From: an uncultured bacterium
Lineage (GTDB): Bacteria; Hydrothermota; UBA3072
Length of the DNA: 64,000 bases
Reading direction: 5' to 3'
Assembly (NCBI GenBank): GCA_964556365.1
Contig: CAZKVT010000001.1
Location: forward strand, 7,158 to 71,157
The translations under genes were made by a program, and so were the position numbers. Below, in pieces: positions 17,301 to 25,839 of the stretch (within the stretch, counting starts at the first letter, position 1; every line of letters starts with the position of its first letter). The notes under the pieces were generated by a model that worked only from the letters and a program-made list of their open reading frames with translations, did no database searches and was not told the DNA's origin.

Positions 17301-20195
17301 TTGATCGGCGAATTTCACCTCAACCGGTTTCGTAGATGTCTCGATTTCGCGTTCTTCTATTAAATCGACGGTCTCCGTCGTTACATATTCTGGTTTGCCG
17401 ACCGTAAAATCTGTTTCTTTAAGGTAAGAATGCCAGGCAAGTTTCTTTAACTGAACAGAAACTTTATGACCGGCGGATAATTTTTCATCGACATCGAGAG
17501 CGATTATTTCCACTTCTATTGTGTTAACGTCTTTGACGTACCGGTTAGTTTTAAGCCCGAGTATAAACGAAGGCAACGCGATAACAGAACGGCTGCCGGA
17601 TACGGTCTGCTGGTCTGCTCCTGTAACTGTTGCTTCACATACATATTTCCTCGGGTTACCATCAAGCTCGGTTTGGGGATTAATTACAATAGTGGTTTCT
17701 CCGTTTTCGTCTGTCGTTTTTTCCTCTTCGAGAGGACCCGCCTGGGAAGTGTAACCTCTCGCTCCGAAACGGCTGTCTGAAGAAAGAAAATATCCTTCTA
17801 TTCCTTCCGGTTTAAATGTATAAGGGAAGGAAGTAACCCTCCACTTCACGCCCTGGTTTACGACTTTTCCCCCCGCGTAGTAAGTGGCTGTCAATTTAAT
17901 GGTAAAAGATTTGTCATTTGGTACCTTATCCGGACTGTGCAGCTTGACATCGAACCTGGGAACCTTGTAGGCTTCCATATCAAAATCGGTGCTGGCTACA
18001 CTACTTCTATACTTTTTTTCTATTAAATTAACCCGGTAAGTTCCGGTCGGAAGATTTTCCTCTTTAAATTCATGGTAAAAACTGCCCTCTTTTGTCAACT
18101 CAACGTCATATTCCCATTCTACTCCTTCCGGACTTCTAATGCTGAGGAAAAACTCCCTGTGTTTTACATAAGATATCTCCCCTTGAAAACGCCACCTTAC
18201 ATATCCTTTTATATAGACTTTTTCTTCCGGACGGTATATAGGACGTTCGGTAAAGACATGAGCTTTTATTGTAGGTTCTCCAGCGGAAGCTCTAGGGGTA
18301 TACGAAAGCCACTGGAGCCATCCCGAGCTATGGCGAGACCAGTGATTATTCGAAAACTCCGGAGGCGCGGCCTGACTGCGGGTATCTATTACAAGATAAT
18401 CCTCCCCTTTATTTACAAGAACTCTTTTTACCGCGAAATCTTTAAATTTTTGCTTGGTTTCCGGGTCATGCTCGATTTTCAAAAAACCATATCCGTTAGT
18501 TTGTCCGCTGTATATGGTCTCAAAATGTGATTTTTTTACACCCTCGATTTTTATGTTAGCGCCCGCGACCGGTTCACCCGTTTTATATGAAGTTACAGCG
18601 AATAAAACTTCATTTGTTGCCTCGATAGTACTCAAACACAAATCCGTAACCTGAATTTTTACGTATTGTCTTTCCTGTTTTCCGCCCAATTTTCTGAATC
18701 CGATTAGATAAGTACCGGGTTGATTCTCCCCGCTTATCTCAGCAAGCTTATCCTTTAAATTTATAGCGTTATGCCGCAAGACCCCTTCTTTTTCAAGATC
18801 TATTATCCTCGAATAATGCGGACTTCCAAGCATCTGGATGTGTGAGATAATTTGAGAGGTGCTTAAAGGGGAAAGTATATTATCTTCCGAAACCGGTTCT
18901 TCGCCGGGGCCGGGGGGAAGCGCGTCCTCATCTACCGATACCCATGTTTCGGGGAAAGGCCAGAAAGCTTTATTTAGAGGGTCTATCCGGTAAATTCTAA
19001 AATCTATATTCTTTATACCGGAAACTCTGATGGGGAAATGCTGCGGACCATATCTTTCAACTATACCAAAACTCTTGTCCCACCTTATAAAAATTTGTTC
19101 ACTGGGTCGGTAAAAATAAAAACTGGACGATTTTTCCATCACGAGGCTTCTGCCTTCCCTGTCCACAAAAGATATAGGTTCTATCGTAACCTTATAAAGT
19201 TTATCGGTTTCAACGGTAACATAAATTTGCAGCTGTTCGCCGCTTTGTCTGAAATCGAAAGCTTCCGGTGCCGGAGAAAAATTAACCATGCTTTTAACCA
19301 TAGATAAACTTAAATCCGCCGGAGGACTCGAAAAAGTAAAAACAAGCTCGCCTGATTGAGGCAATCTCAACGCTTGATCTTTATCATAGTTGCTTCCGGA
19401 AGGGTTGACAGTAAATTGATAGGCTCTGCTACCCACTCCTTGAAGCCTGAATTCTTCCTTTGTTTTAAAGTAATAAGTCTGGGAAGCTTCTTCTAAGGAA
19501 GGGTCATCTGATAACCTAAGTGTGGTCTCTACTTTAAGTCCGAGAGAGAAAGGATGTTCCATTTCAAAGTAGTATTTATAATTATCCGAATCCGAGGTAC
19601 GTTCGGCAAGTTTTATGTTAAAATCTTTATAAGTATATCTTTTTCTGCCCTCTTTACCTATACCCGGCAGGAGATAGGACTCAAAAGTAACAAGTTTGGA
19701 AAGAGCGGATGGGTCTACATAATATTCGAACTCCATTGTAATTTTCTCGACTTCCCCGAGGCCGGTTTCTCCGTTTTCGGGGATAATTTTCACCGGAGGA
19801 GAAAGCAATGTGGACAGTTCTTTTCTGTATCCTCCGATGCTAATTTTAAACTTTTCCATCGCCGGCCACGGAATTGTTGGTCGGAATTCCAGAGTCCTGG
19901 AATCAAGCCACCTGTATTCTCCGGGATGCGTTGGTTCTATTTTAATTACTTTCAGAGGTTCATCCATAGGGCCACTCCCCTCAGGATGCATCTCTTTCTT
20001 AAAAAAAACTGTCAAAGGATCGTATTCGCGCAGGAATTCTTCTGGCAGTATCGTAACATCTTTATCGCTTAAATTCTTAAACTGATTATAATCCGCGGGT
20101 TTATACTTATAAGGGTCGGTCGCGTAAGCGCTTAAGCAAACAAAATACAAAGCAAAAAATCTAAATGGGAAATAAATCTTTTTAGACATAAACAT
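14355..20195 (-). CDS. bacterial alpha-2-macroglobulin family protein with intact thioester (YfhM-like)
   Basis: The protein is 1946 aa. The thioester motif GCTEQ (CTEQ codons at 15819-15830) sits in HYPHGCTEQKVSYAYP. A signal peptide is present. The likely true start is the ATG at 20189 (MSKKIYF...), 6 nt after the SD AGGAGA, rather than 20195. Confidence 0.9.
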   Translation of the reverse strand: MFMSKKIYFPFRFFALYFVCLSAYATDPYKYKPADYNQFKNLSDKDVTILPEEFLREYDPLTVFFKKEMHPEGSGPMDEPLKVIKIEPTHPGEYRWLDSRTLEFRPTIPWPAMEKFKISIGGYRKELSTLLSPPVKIIPENGETGLGEVEKITMEFEYYVDPSALSKLVTFESYLLPGIGKEGRKRYTYKDFNIKLAERTSDSDNYKYYFEMEHPFSLGLKVETTLRLSDDPSLEEASQTYYFKTKEEFRLQGVGSRAYQFTVNPSGSNYDKDQALRLPQSGELVFTFSSPPADLSLSMVKSMVNFSPAPEAFDFRQSGEQLQIYVTVETDKLYKVTIEPISFVDREGRSLVMEKSSSFYFYRPSEQIFIRWDKSFGIVERYGPQHFPIRVSGIKNIDFRIYRIDPLNKAFWPFPETWVSVDEDALPPGPGEEPVSEDNILSPLSTSQIISHIQMLGSPHYSRIIDLEKEGVLRHNAINLKDKLAEISGENQPGTYLIGFRKLGGKQERQYVKIQVTDLCLSTIEATNEVLFAVTSYKTGEPVAGANIKIEGVKKSHFETIYSGQTNGYGFLKIEHDPETKQKFKDFAVKRVLVNKGEDYLVIDTRSQAAPPEFSNNHWSRHSSGWLQWLSYTPRASAGEPTIKAHVFTERPIYRPEEKVYIKGYVRWRFQGEISYVKHREFFLSIRSPEGVEWEYDVELTKEGSFYHEFKEENLPTGTYRVNLIEKKYRSSVASTDFDMEAYKVPRFDVKLHSPDKVPNDKSFTIKLTATYYAGGKVVNQGVKWRVTSFPYTFKPEGIEGYFLSSDSRFGARGYTSQAGPLEEEKTTDENGETTIVINPQTELDGNPRKYVCEATVTGADQQTVSGSRSVIALPSFILGLKTNRYVKDVNTIEVEIIALDVDEKLSAGHKVSVQLKKLAWHSYLKETDFTVGKPEYVTTETVDLIEEREIETSTKPVEVKFADQSAGVYILELNAKDKLGRLQTVKVDLFVAGDKPMAWQKPKQMIFETVPDKDSYEAGDVATILIKSPYQNARALSVIEMPDERPEYKWVDISGGKATLQVKILPEMVPLLPVSFLLIRSRIAPPKVLPEGQKVDLGKPEAVANTTWLKIEPTSNRVYVDLEHEKVVLPGNEMDMEISLKDNKGKPLSGEVTLWLVDDAIFALKKEKNIDPLEAFIDPVESYVSVRDSRNLAIGDLRLGESPAGDGYYEEEEEFEGLGKITVRKTFKTVPYYNPRILVNSSGKATVKIKMPDNLTNFAVRAVAVSGVSRFGSQKSKVAVRLPVIVQPALPRFIRIGDKFKAGGIARVVEGEGGKAIYSIETKGVDILKGKEKGTITLPSKEALPLYADMEASAPGYDEKGDLLIDSVSFKIALQRSYDKAGDAFQIKIPLLLDREPIVYDTFGIVKVDSAFYWKTLNDTPRKNTFHRDLIVSDKLAILKVLSALSYLMHYPHGCTEQKVSYAYPALAYDDIWGELGLETPDPHLKDYVNKTLEFLKKAQHPSGLFGYWPGSNGRVYLTAYITEFLLTVKKSGAGYHLDEEMLDRAINVLKRSLRSDYSQFLSGYRYYERCAAIHALGMAGEADVGYLRELASQTKQVDLLSQSRIYKAILTGDFRLGLASKNLEKELWKETIFKLKEGEEVFGGLQQRNMRIGAQVHASEIKNLSGLISAFSLSGKSPEKVEMMVDELVTLGSVDGWGNTNVNSNALLSLRDYMQEGKKRSLTAEFDLKDGSSSERIKFDGRKGALQAELKSKEAGNVSLKSKSRDEEFYVEYTQSYLPEKLGSAVSAEQHGFVVKRELIYVSKTDAPDKKNMLEKAETVHNLKIGDIIEEHIQVVNPKDQHFVAVSAPFAAGFEPLNPNLETSSADANPSGRTTDKVDYQQFLDDKVVYYFDYLPAGTYDFYFRLRATIEGDFTHPPARAEMMYDLSVNGNSPGAEIVIKQEK

Positions 20196-20201
20196 TCTCC
20201 T

Positions 20202-23200
20202 TTACCTTTTACCAATAATTCTGTTTATCACTTCTTCTGGAGGCAAATCTGGCGGAGCTTTCTGTCCCACTATTATCGGAGTACATGAAACCGCCTCCTC
20301 GGAAACGGGTACATGAAGTAAGAAATAATACAAACCTTTATCTAAATTCAAATATTGCTGTTCTCCTTTTCCTATAAGATTCCAATCCGAATCGTATAGT
20401 TTCGCCTTAACAACCTCTTTCTGAGTTTTAATCCCCAAACCAATTTTTCTTTTCGTGGGAATCGAAAAACCAAATATAGAGCTCTCACCCGGAGTGAGAT
20501 ATACTGTCGATCTTATATCTTCTTCCAGAGTTCTTACCGGTCTTAAACTGTAAACTAAATTAATATTACCCGGAGGCTCATAATCCATTAATCTCAAACC
20601 AAGTTTATATTCTCCCGGAGCTAAAGCGATCTGCCAATCGAATCCTTCAAAAGCGGAAAAATAATGAATAATTTTATTATCCTTTAACAATACTCCTATC
20701 ATTTCTCTCTTAGATTTTAAACTTATATGTTTTGTTTCCGAGAGATTTAATGAAAACCAATTTATTTTATCAGTGAGATAGAATTCCGTCGGATTGGTGA
20801 GGCCAAGAGTTCTAAAAACCCGAAGAGAATGTTCCCATTTCGATTCAAAAACCTTATCATTCTTTACGAGATTGATTTTAACTCCTCCGACTCCGTGAGC
20901 AACTTTCAAGAAACCTCCGAAGTTTGCGTCTTTTTCTCCTGCAGATACCCACAAAACTTCTCCATCATCTAGTTTTTCTCTAATCAACCCTTTTGAACTG
21001 AACAAAGTAATATTTTTTATATTTCCTTCATAGTATAAAGAAACTGAATCACAATCGGGCTTCAAGGAAGGAAGCTCGAGAGTAATTTCTCCGGGTTTAG
21101 AAAACCATTTTTCTATTCCGCTTTCAAGAGTAAGTTTCTTTTCTCTCTCAAACAGTTTTTTCTTTAACGGCTCCCGTATTTCCAGCAATTCCACAAAGAA
21201 CTTCTTTTCTCCTTCTAAAGCCAGCAAATATAAATTTCCCGAACCGGCTTTAAAATCAAAACCCGCGACTTCCGACTCGGTCGAATAAACTTCTCTACTC
21301 TCATCAGTTCCATCCCAAACACCGATTCCGCCAGAAGGAACTTTAACTCGGATAAGATATGGCCCCCTCCCGGGCAATTTATAACACCAACTTTCCGCCT
21401 TTGAAGAAATCCATTCCTGCTCTCCGATTTTAAGCACAGATTGCCCAGATATCGGAACATCTTTCCTTTCGACTTCGGCATAAATTTCCTCATCGAAATG
21501 TTCATCTGACCCATTCCAGAATACGACAGTACCCGGAACATCATCAAAATCTACAGTCAAACATTTACCCTTACTTAAGAATTGACCCCCCGTCACCGGA
21601 ATACCTGAAGGTTTAAAATATCCGGTTTTTTCTGTATACATTCCGGCAAAAGGCTGTCCGAAAGCCATATTAACTGAAATTACTGAAATATTATTTTCAT
21701 TAGAGGTAAGAGAAAACACTCTGGGAGTATTTTCAAGCATAGAAATTCTTATTTTCTCTTCCGTATTTAATCTGTAAGGAGATAAAGAAAATCTAACATT
21801 TCCGCAATTTTCAAATTTAATCTTCAAGTAGAGTTTTTCAAATAAAGAAGAAAAATATAGCCCTTTTTCCGAAGAGAAGAAAGGATCTTCCGAATCGGCA
21901 GTTTGTATCTCACTTAATAAATTACCGGAATTAACTCTATAATGACCGAGCCATCCAGTTCCCATATCTACATGAAAATATAAATTCTTTAATTCAGACT
22001 CTTCAGGAATTTCTCCCTTCCATCCATTTAAAAGATTAGAAAGCGAGATCTCTGTTGCTTTGACACTTTCATAAAGTAAGCTCACTCTCTCATCCAGATG
22101 GTCTTCCGACCAGACTTTTAATTTGTAATCAGCGTTAACGGAAATAGGCATCGCCAACTCGATTTTTTTTCCTCTTTTCTCAGCCAACACTTCGATATTT
22201 CCATTTGAATCGGTCCTCCCTATTAAACATCCTATGTTGCTCCTACCTTTCAGCGATACATTTATAATGTTCGCGTCTGCTAGTTTTTCAATTGGAAAAG
22301 TTAAAATCCTACCTTTTAAATCGAGCTCTTTTCGCGTCCCGGACTTAACAGAAGAAACGAGAGAGTCCGGAAGAGTTTTCATACTAACGAGCGTTTCAAA
22401 GGAACCTTCGCTTTCCGTCTGAACTTCCAGATAGTAATTCCCTTCTTTCAAATACTTCGAAATGTTAAAATTCCAATCGGAAAGACCATCATCGTTTTCC
22501 GCTATTAAAACACCGTCAGTATCGGACAATTTCGCGGATACATCGTCGGTACCCTTACTTGATAACTCGACAACTGATTCTTTGCCGACACGGACTTCGA
22601 AAGTACGGGGATTTGTAATCGTATAACTCTGACCTGAAATTAAAATATCTGTATTAACAGCTAAGCGGAAATCGATATGATTTTGCTCTTTAATCGATTT
22701 AACAGAAATTTCGTAATTTCCTATCTCGAGTTCAGACTCTTTACTTCCCGACCATACGAGAAGAATTTCTTCTTCATTTTTACGTTTTAAACTCGCTTCA
22801 AATTCATTACTAACGAACATATTCGCTTTTACAGGCGCGGGAACATTAATATAGAAAACCGCAGGTTTTCTTTTTCCATCGATAATTTCTTCGATCCAAT
22901 TAGAAGTAACGGTCTGGTTTAAAGCCAAAGTATGCGGTCCTTTCCCTTCAAAGCTCGGAACATCCTCGATTTTCTCGAGCAACGCTATTCTCCTGCTGGT
23001 CCTGTTCTCGGGAAGAGAAAACAACTTATAAGAACCTTTAGAAAAATTATATTGGATATCGGCATTTATTCCAGGTTTTAAGATCGGCCAACCTTCCTCA
23101 TCATCGAGCCTGGCTCTAAAATAACCTTCCTGCCCAAATGATTGGATTCTATAAGTTCCGGGATTGTCTATTCTAAAATGATATGAGATACCGGCACTCA

Positions 23201-25487
23201 CGGGAACCTCCGAGCGTTTCTCGCTGCCCGGCTCTAATTCTCCACCCGCGATTACCTGATTTGCTTTAAGCGATAATCCGAGGTGCCCGGCTGATTCTCC
23301 TGTAGCTTGAACACTTACCTGGTATTCTCCGGGCAGGAGATAAACCAATAACAAAGCATTTCGTCCCAAACCGTTTTCGGACGCTGACTGCAAATTCGTG
23401 ATAAAACGATTACGGAGAGTAATTTTCGTACTCAATCTACCTACGGTTTCAAGGCGGTAAATTCCGGGAGACTCAACGCTAACCTGATATACTTCGCTTT
23501 CTCCACGCACAAGATCGAAGAAATGAGGTTTTCCCGGATTAAGTTTCGGAAATTCAGGTAATTTATCCAGAAAACCTGTAGGCAGCGATTTAGGCGGGCT
23601 ATCGGGAAGGCGTTCTAAGATTTTGCCGCTTGCATATACGAAAATATTATCATCCGTTGTATTTTCTATTCTTAATTTATATTCTCCCGGTTTTACCATG
23701 GTCGGTTTTGTGTATGAATTATTGTCTAAATGGAAAGCATACTGTTTATCTGTTACATCGGAAACCGAAATACGCGATTCTTTTCTTACTTTAAAAGGAA
23801 CAGAAACTGTTCCTCCCGGAGAAAGATATACGGGTAAAGGATCCTCCAAAGATAAAGGTAAAAGTCTTAAAACAAGTCCCGCAACTTCCGGAGATTGATC
23901 GTTAATAAGCAAACTAAGACTTTTGGTTGGATCACTATCCAGCGGAATAGAAGGAAATTGTATACGGGGAAAACCCGAATATAAGCGCTCTTCCTCTTCA
24001 GTGAATATTTTTTTAGCTAATCCTTTAACCATAGAAACAAGTGAAATATGATAAATATTTAAAGTAAGAATGCCTTTGTTTTCAGGATATAGGTGTAACT
24101 TGTGTAAACCCCGGGTCAAGTTCACAGAACCTTTCCCCGTTACACTTTTCGGAGAACGGTAATTAGGAGGTTTAACAACAAAATATTTCTCTATCTTCCA
24201 TTTCGCTTCCACACCCATAGGATTTATCACATACCTACCCGAAGTTTCAACCCATAAATATAAACTCATAGAGCCTAAAAGATTAAATTTCCTGTAAAAC
24301 TGGCGGATGTTCGTCAACGTATCTACCTGCATATCGTAAAGCTTCAAACCACTATTTCGCGTCAGCACACCCGAAGTTCCGAGTTGATCCCCGGGCACCC
24401 CTGTATGTAATGAAGAAAGCCAGTATCGTCCTGTCGTTCTAACACTAAGAGAAGAGTTTAACTTTTCGAGTGATTGCAGCTTAAATCTTTGCCCTTCTTC
24501 ACCGAATACTTTGACAAGAAAATAAGGATTCGTATTACTGTGAGGGTTAAGCATACATCTTGGATCATTTAACTTCACATGGATGGAATCTCTTTCCGTG
24601 ACAGACTGATATGGACTATTATAACTAAAAGGACTTACCTCGATATTTAATAGAACTTTTTTTTCTGTTTCCAACAACATCCTGGAAACCTCAGAAGAAA
24701 CAAGATACTGATTATAACCGAGAGAAGAAACTTCATCGAGCACAATTCCTGTAGTAGCAATCTTTGGTATTCCCCAGACAACATAAAGCGGATTTTCAGA
24801 ACTTTTCTTAGACCAATTAGCCTGCTTTCCTCCGTAAGCGGTAAGCAAATACAATCCGGGATTAACCCTGACAACCATTTTCAAACACACAAGAGGAGTT
24901 TCCTGCGTAGGATAGCTCTTTGAGGTTAATATTTCCGTATCCACTCTCCAGTTTCCGTCCTTCCAGAGTTCAAGACCGGCTATATTCCTTCCGGCAGCTT
25001 CTATCTGTAAGGTTGTAATTGTATCGATTTCGATCCAGTAGGAAACCTGCTGTAGATCAAGTAGCTCCGTTTTGTGAATTTTATACGGAATTAAATATTT
25101 GGGATTTTTTTCATTTATTTCATCATACGAGAAAACTTTAACAGTCGCTTTACTCCTACCCTTTGTATGCGATAGAGTCTGTATTTTGTACTTTCCTTTT
25201 TCCAGAAAAAGGTCCAATCTCCCGTTTCTTTCGCCGGCTAATCCATCGATAGCACCCGGACCATTTTTTTTATCCCAAATCTGGATCGAGGTCCCTTCCT
25301 CGTTAAAAGATTGTATGGAATATCTACCCCACTTATTAACTTCAAAAACAATAGAGTACAAACCTTTTCCGTCAAAAGTCTTTTGTAATATTTCTTTTCC
25401 GGAGATTTTTAGGGTGCACACAAAAAACAAAAATAAAACGAACTGAGCAAAAATTTTATATCTTCTCACACTTTCCCTCCCTACCAA
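20202..25487 (-). CDS. giant secreted protein built of repeated PPC/pre-peptidase-C-terminal-like beta-sandwich modules; function unknown
   Basis: The protein is about 1760 aa. Recurrent module ends have the form G.Y.(L/I/V) (GKYKIQTL, GLYLLTAY, GEYKLRIE, GIYRLETV, GEYQVSVQ, GTYRIQSF, GNYYLEVQ, GEYKLGLR, GLYYFLLH). One module has the clear PPC signature SAKLSDTDGVLIAENDDGLSDWNFNISKYLKEGNYYLEVQ. The probable start is the GTG at 25469, after GGGAGGG, giving the signal peptide MRRYKIFAQFVLFLFFV. The stop lies 6 nt before the A2M start region. Confidence 0.7.
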   Translation of the reverse strand: MVGRESVRRYKIFAQFVLFLFFVCTLKISGKEILQKTFDGKGLYSIVFEVNKWGRYSIQSFNEEGTSIQIWDKKNGPGAIDGLAGERNGRLDLFLEKGKYKIQTLSHTKGRSKATVKVFSYDEINEKNPKYLIPYKIHKTELLDLQQVSYWIEIDTITTLQIEAAGRNIAGLELWKDGNWRVDTEILTSKSYPTQETPLVCLKMVVRVNPGLYLLTAYGGKQANWSKKSSENPLYVVWGIPKIATTGIVLDEVSSLGYNQYLVSSEVSRMLLETEKKVLLNIEVSPFSYNSPYQSVTERDSIHVKLNDPRCMLNPHSNTNPYFLVKVFGEEGQRFKLQSLEKLNSSLSVRTTGRYWLSSLHTGVPGDQLGTSGVLTRNSGLKLYDMQVDTLTNIRQFYRKFNLLGSMSLYLWVETSGRYVINPMGVEAKWKIEKYFVVKPPNYRSPKSVTGKGSVNLTRGLHKLHLYPENKGILTLNIYHISLVSMVKGLAKKIFTEEEERLYSGFPRIQFPSIPLDSDPTKSLSLLINDQSPEVAGLVLRLLPLSLEDPLPVYLSPGGTVSVPFKVRKESRISVSDVTDKQYAFHLDNNSYTKPTMVKPGEYKLRIENTTDDNIFVYASGKILERLPDSPPKSLPTGFLDKLPEFPKLNPGKPHFFDLVRGESEVYQVSVESPGIYRLETVGRLSTKITLRNRFITNLQSASENGLGRNALLLVYLLPGEYQVSVQATGESAGHLGLSLKANQVIAGGELEPGSEKRSEVPVSAGISYHFRIDNPGTYRIQSFGQEGYFRARLDDEEGWPILKPGINADIQYNFSKGSYKLFSLPENRTSRRIALLEKIEDVPSFEGKGPHTLALNQTVTSNWIEEIIDGKRKPAVFYINVPAPVKANMFVSNEFEASLKRKNEEEILLVWSGSKESELEIGNYEISVKSIKEQNHIDFRLAVNTDILISGQSYTITNPRTFEVRVGKESVVELSSKGTDDVSAKLSDTDGVLIAENDDGLSDWNFNISKYLKEGNYYLEVQTESEGSFETLVSMKTLPDSLVSSVKSGTRKELDLKGRILTFPIEKLADANIINVSLKGRSNIGCLIGRTDSNGNIEVLAEKRGKKIELAMPISVNADYKLKVWSEDHLDERVSLLYESVKATEISLSNLLNGWKGEIPEESELKNLYFHVDMGTGWLGHYRVNSGNLLSEIQTADSEDPFFSSEKGLYFSSLFEKLYLKIKFENCGNVRFSLSPYRLNTEEKIRISMLENTPRVFSLTSNENNISVISVNMAFGQPFAGMYTEKTGYFKPSGIPVTGGQFLSKGKCLTVDFDDVPGTVVFWNGSDEHFDEEIYAEVERKDVPISGQSVLKIGEQEWISSKAESWCYKLPGRGPYLIRVKVPSGGIGVWDGTDESREVYSTESEVAGFDFKAGSGNLYLLALEGEKKFFVELLEIREPLKKKLFEREKKLTLESGIEKWFSKPGEITLELPSLKPDCDSVSLYYEGNIKNITLFSSKGLIREKLDDGEVLWVSAGEKDANFGGFLKVAHGVGGVKINLVKNDKVFESKWEHSLRVFRTLGLTNPTEFYLTDKINWFSLNLSETKHISLKSKREMIGVLLKDNKIIHYFSAFEGFDWQIALAPGEYKLGLRLMDYEPPGNINLVYSLRPVRTLEEDIRSTVYLTPGESSIFGFSIPTKRKIGLGIKTQKEVVKAKLYDSDWNLIGKGEQQYLNLDKGLYYFLLHVPVSEEAVSCTPIIVGQKAPPDLPPEEVINRIIGKR

Positions 25488-25752
25488 TAATATTCTACTT
25501 TTAATTTATACAGTTTAAAATCCGAACACCTCTTTTACATAACCGTTAGCTCAAAATTTTATTTAACCCTCTTTAACCCCTCCTAAAAAGGTATGAACCT
25601 TAATATATAAACTATGATATGAAATTTAAGCCAATTCGTCAAGGTTTTAATAGTTGGAGTTCCATTATTTTTTCCATTAAACATACTATTTAACCTTAAT
25701 TAAAAGTGAAGACTGCCCGTTCAGAAGGAAGTCTCTTAATCTTCATCCCCCC

Positions 25753-25780
25753 TTGACTCCGATATTTAAATGTCTATAAT
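25753..25780 (+). promoter_or_regulatory. sigma70-type promoter (TTGACT-16-TATAAT) upstream of the SGNH/TPR gene
   Basis: TTGACT is at 25753-25758 and TATAAT at 25775-25780. It is preceded by CCCC, like other promoters in this window. Confidence 0.5.
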
Positions 25781-25839
25781 TGACCAAAAGATTAAATTTG
25801 TGTTTGTATAATTGCTAAAATTAATGGAAAAATTAAAAA

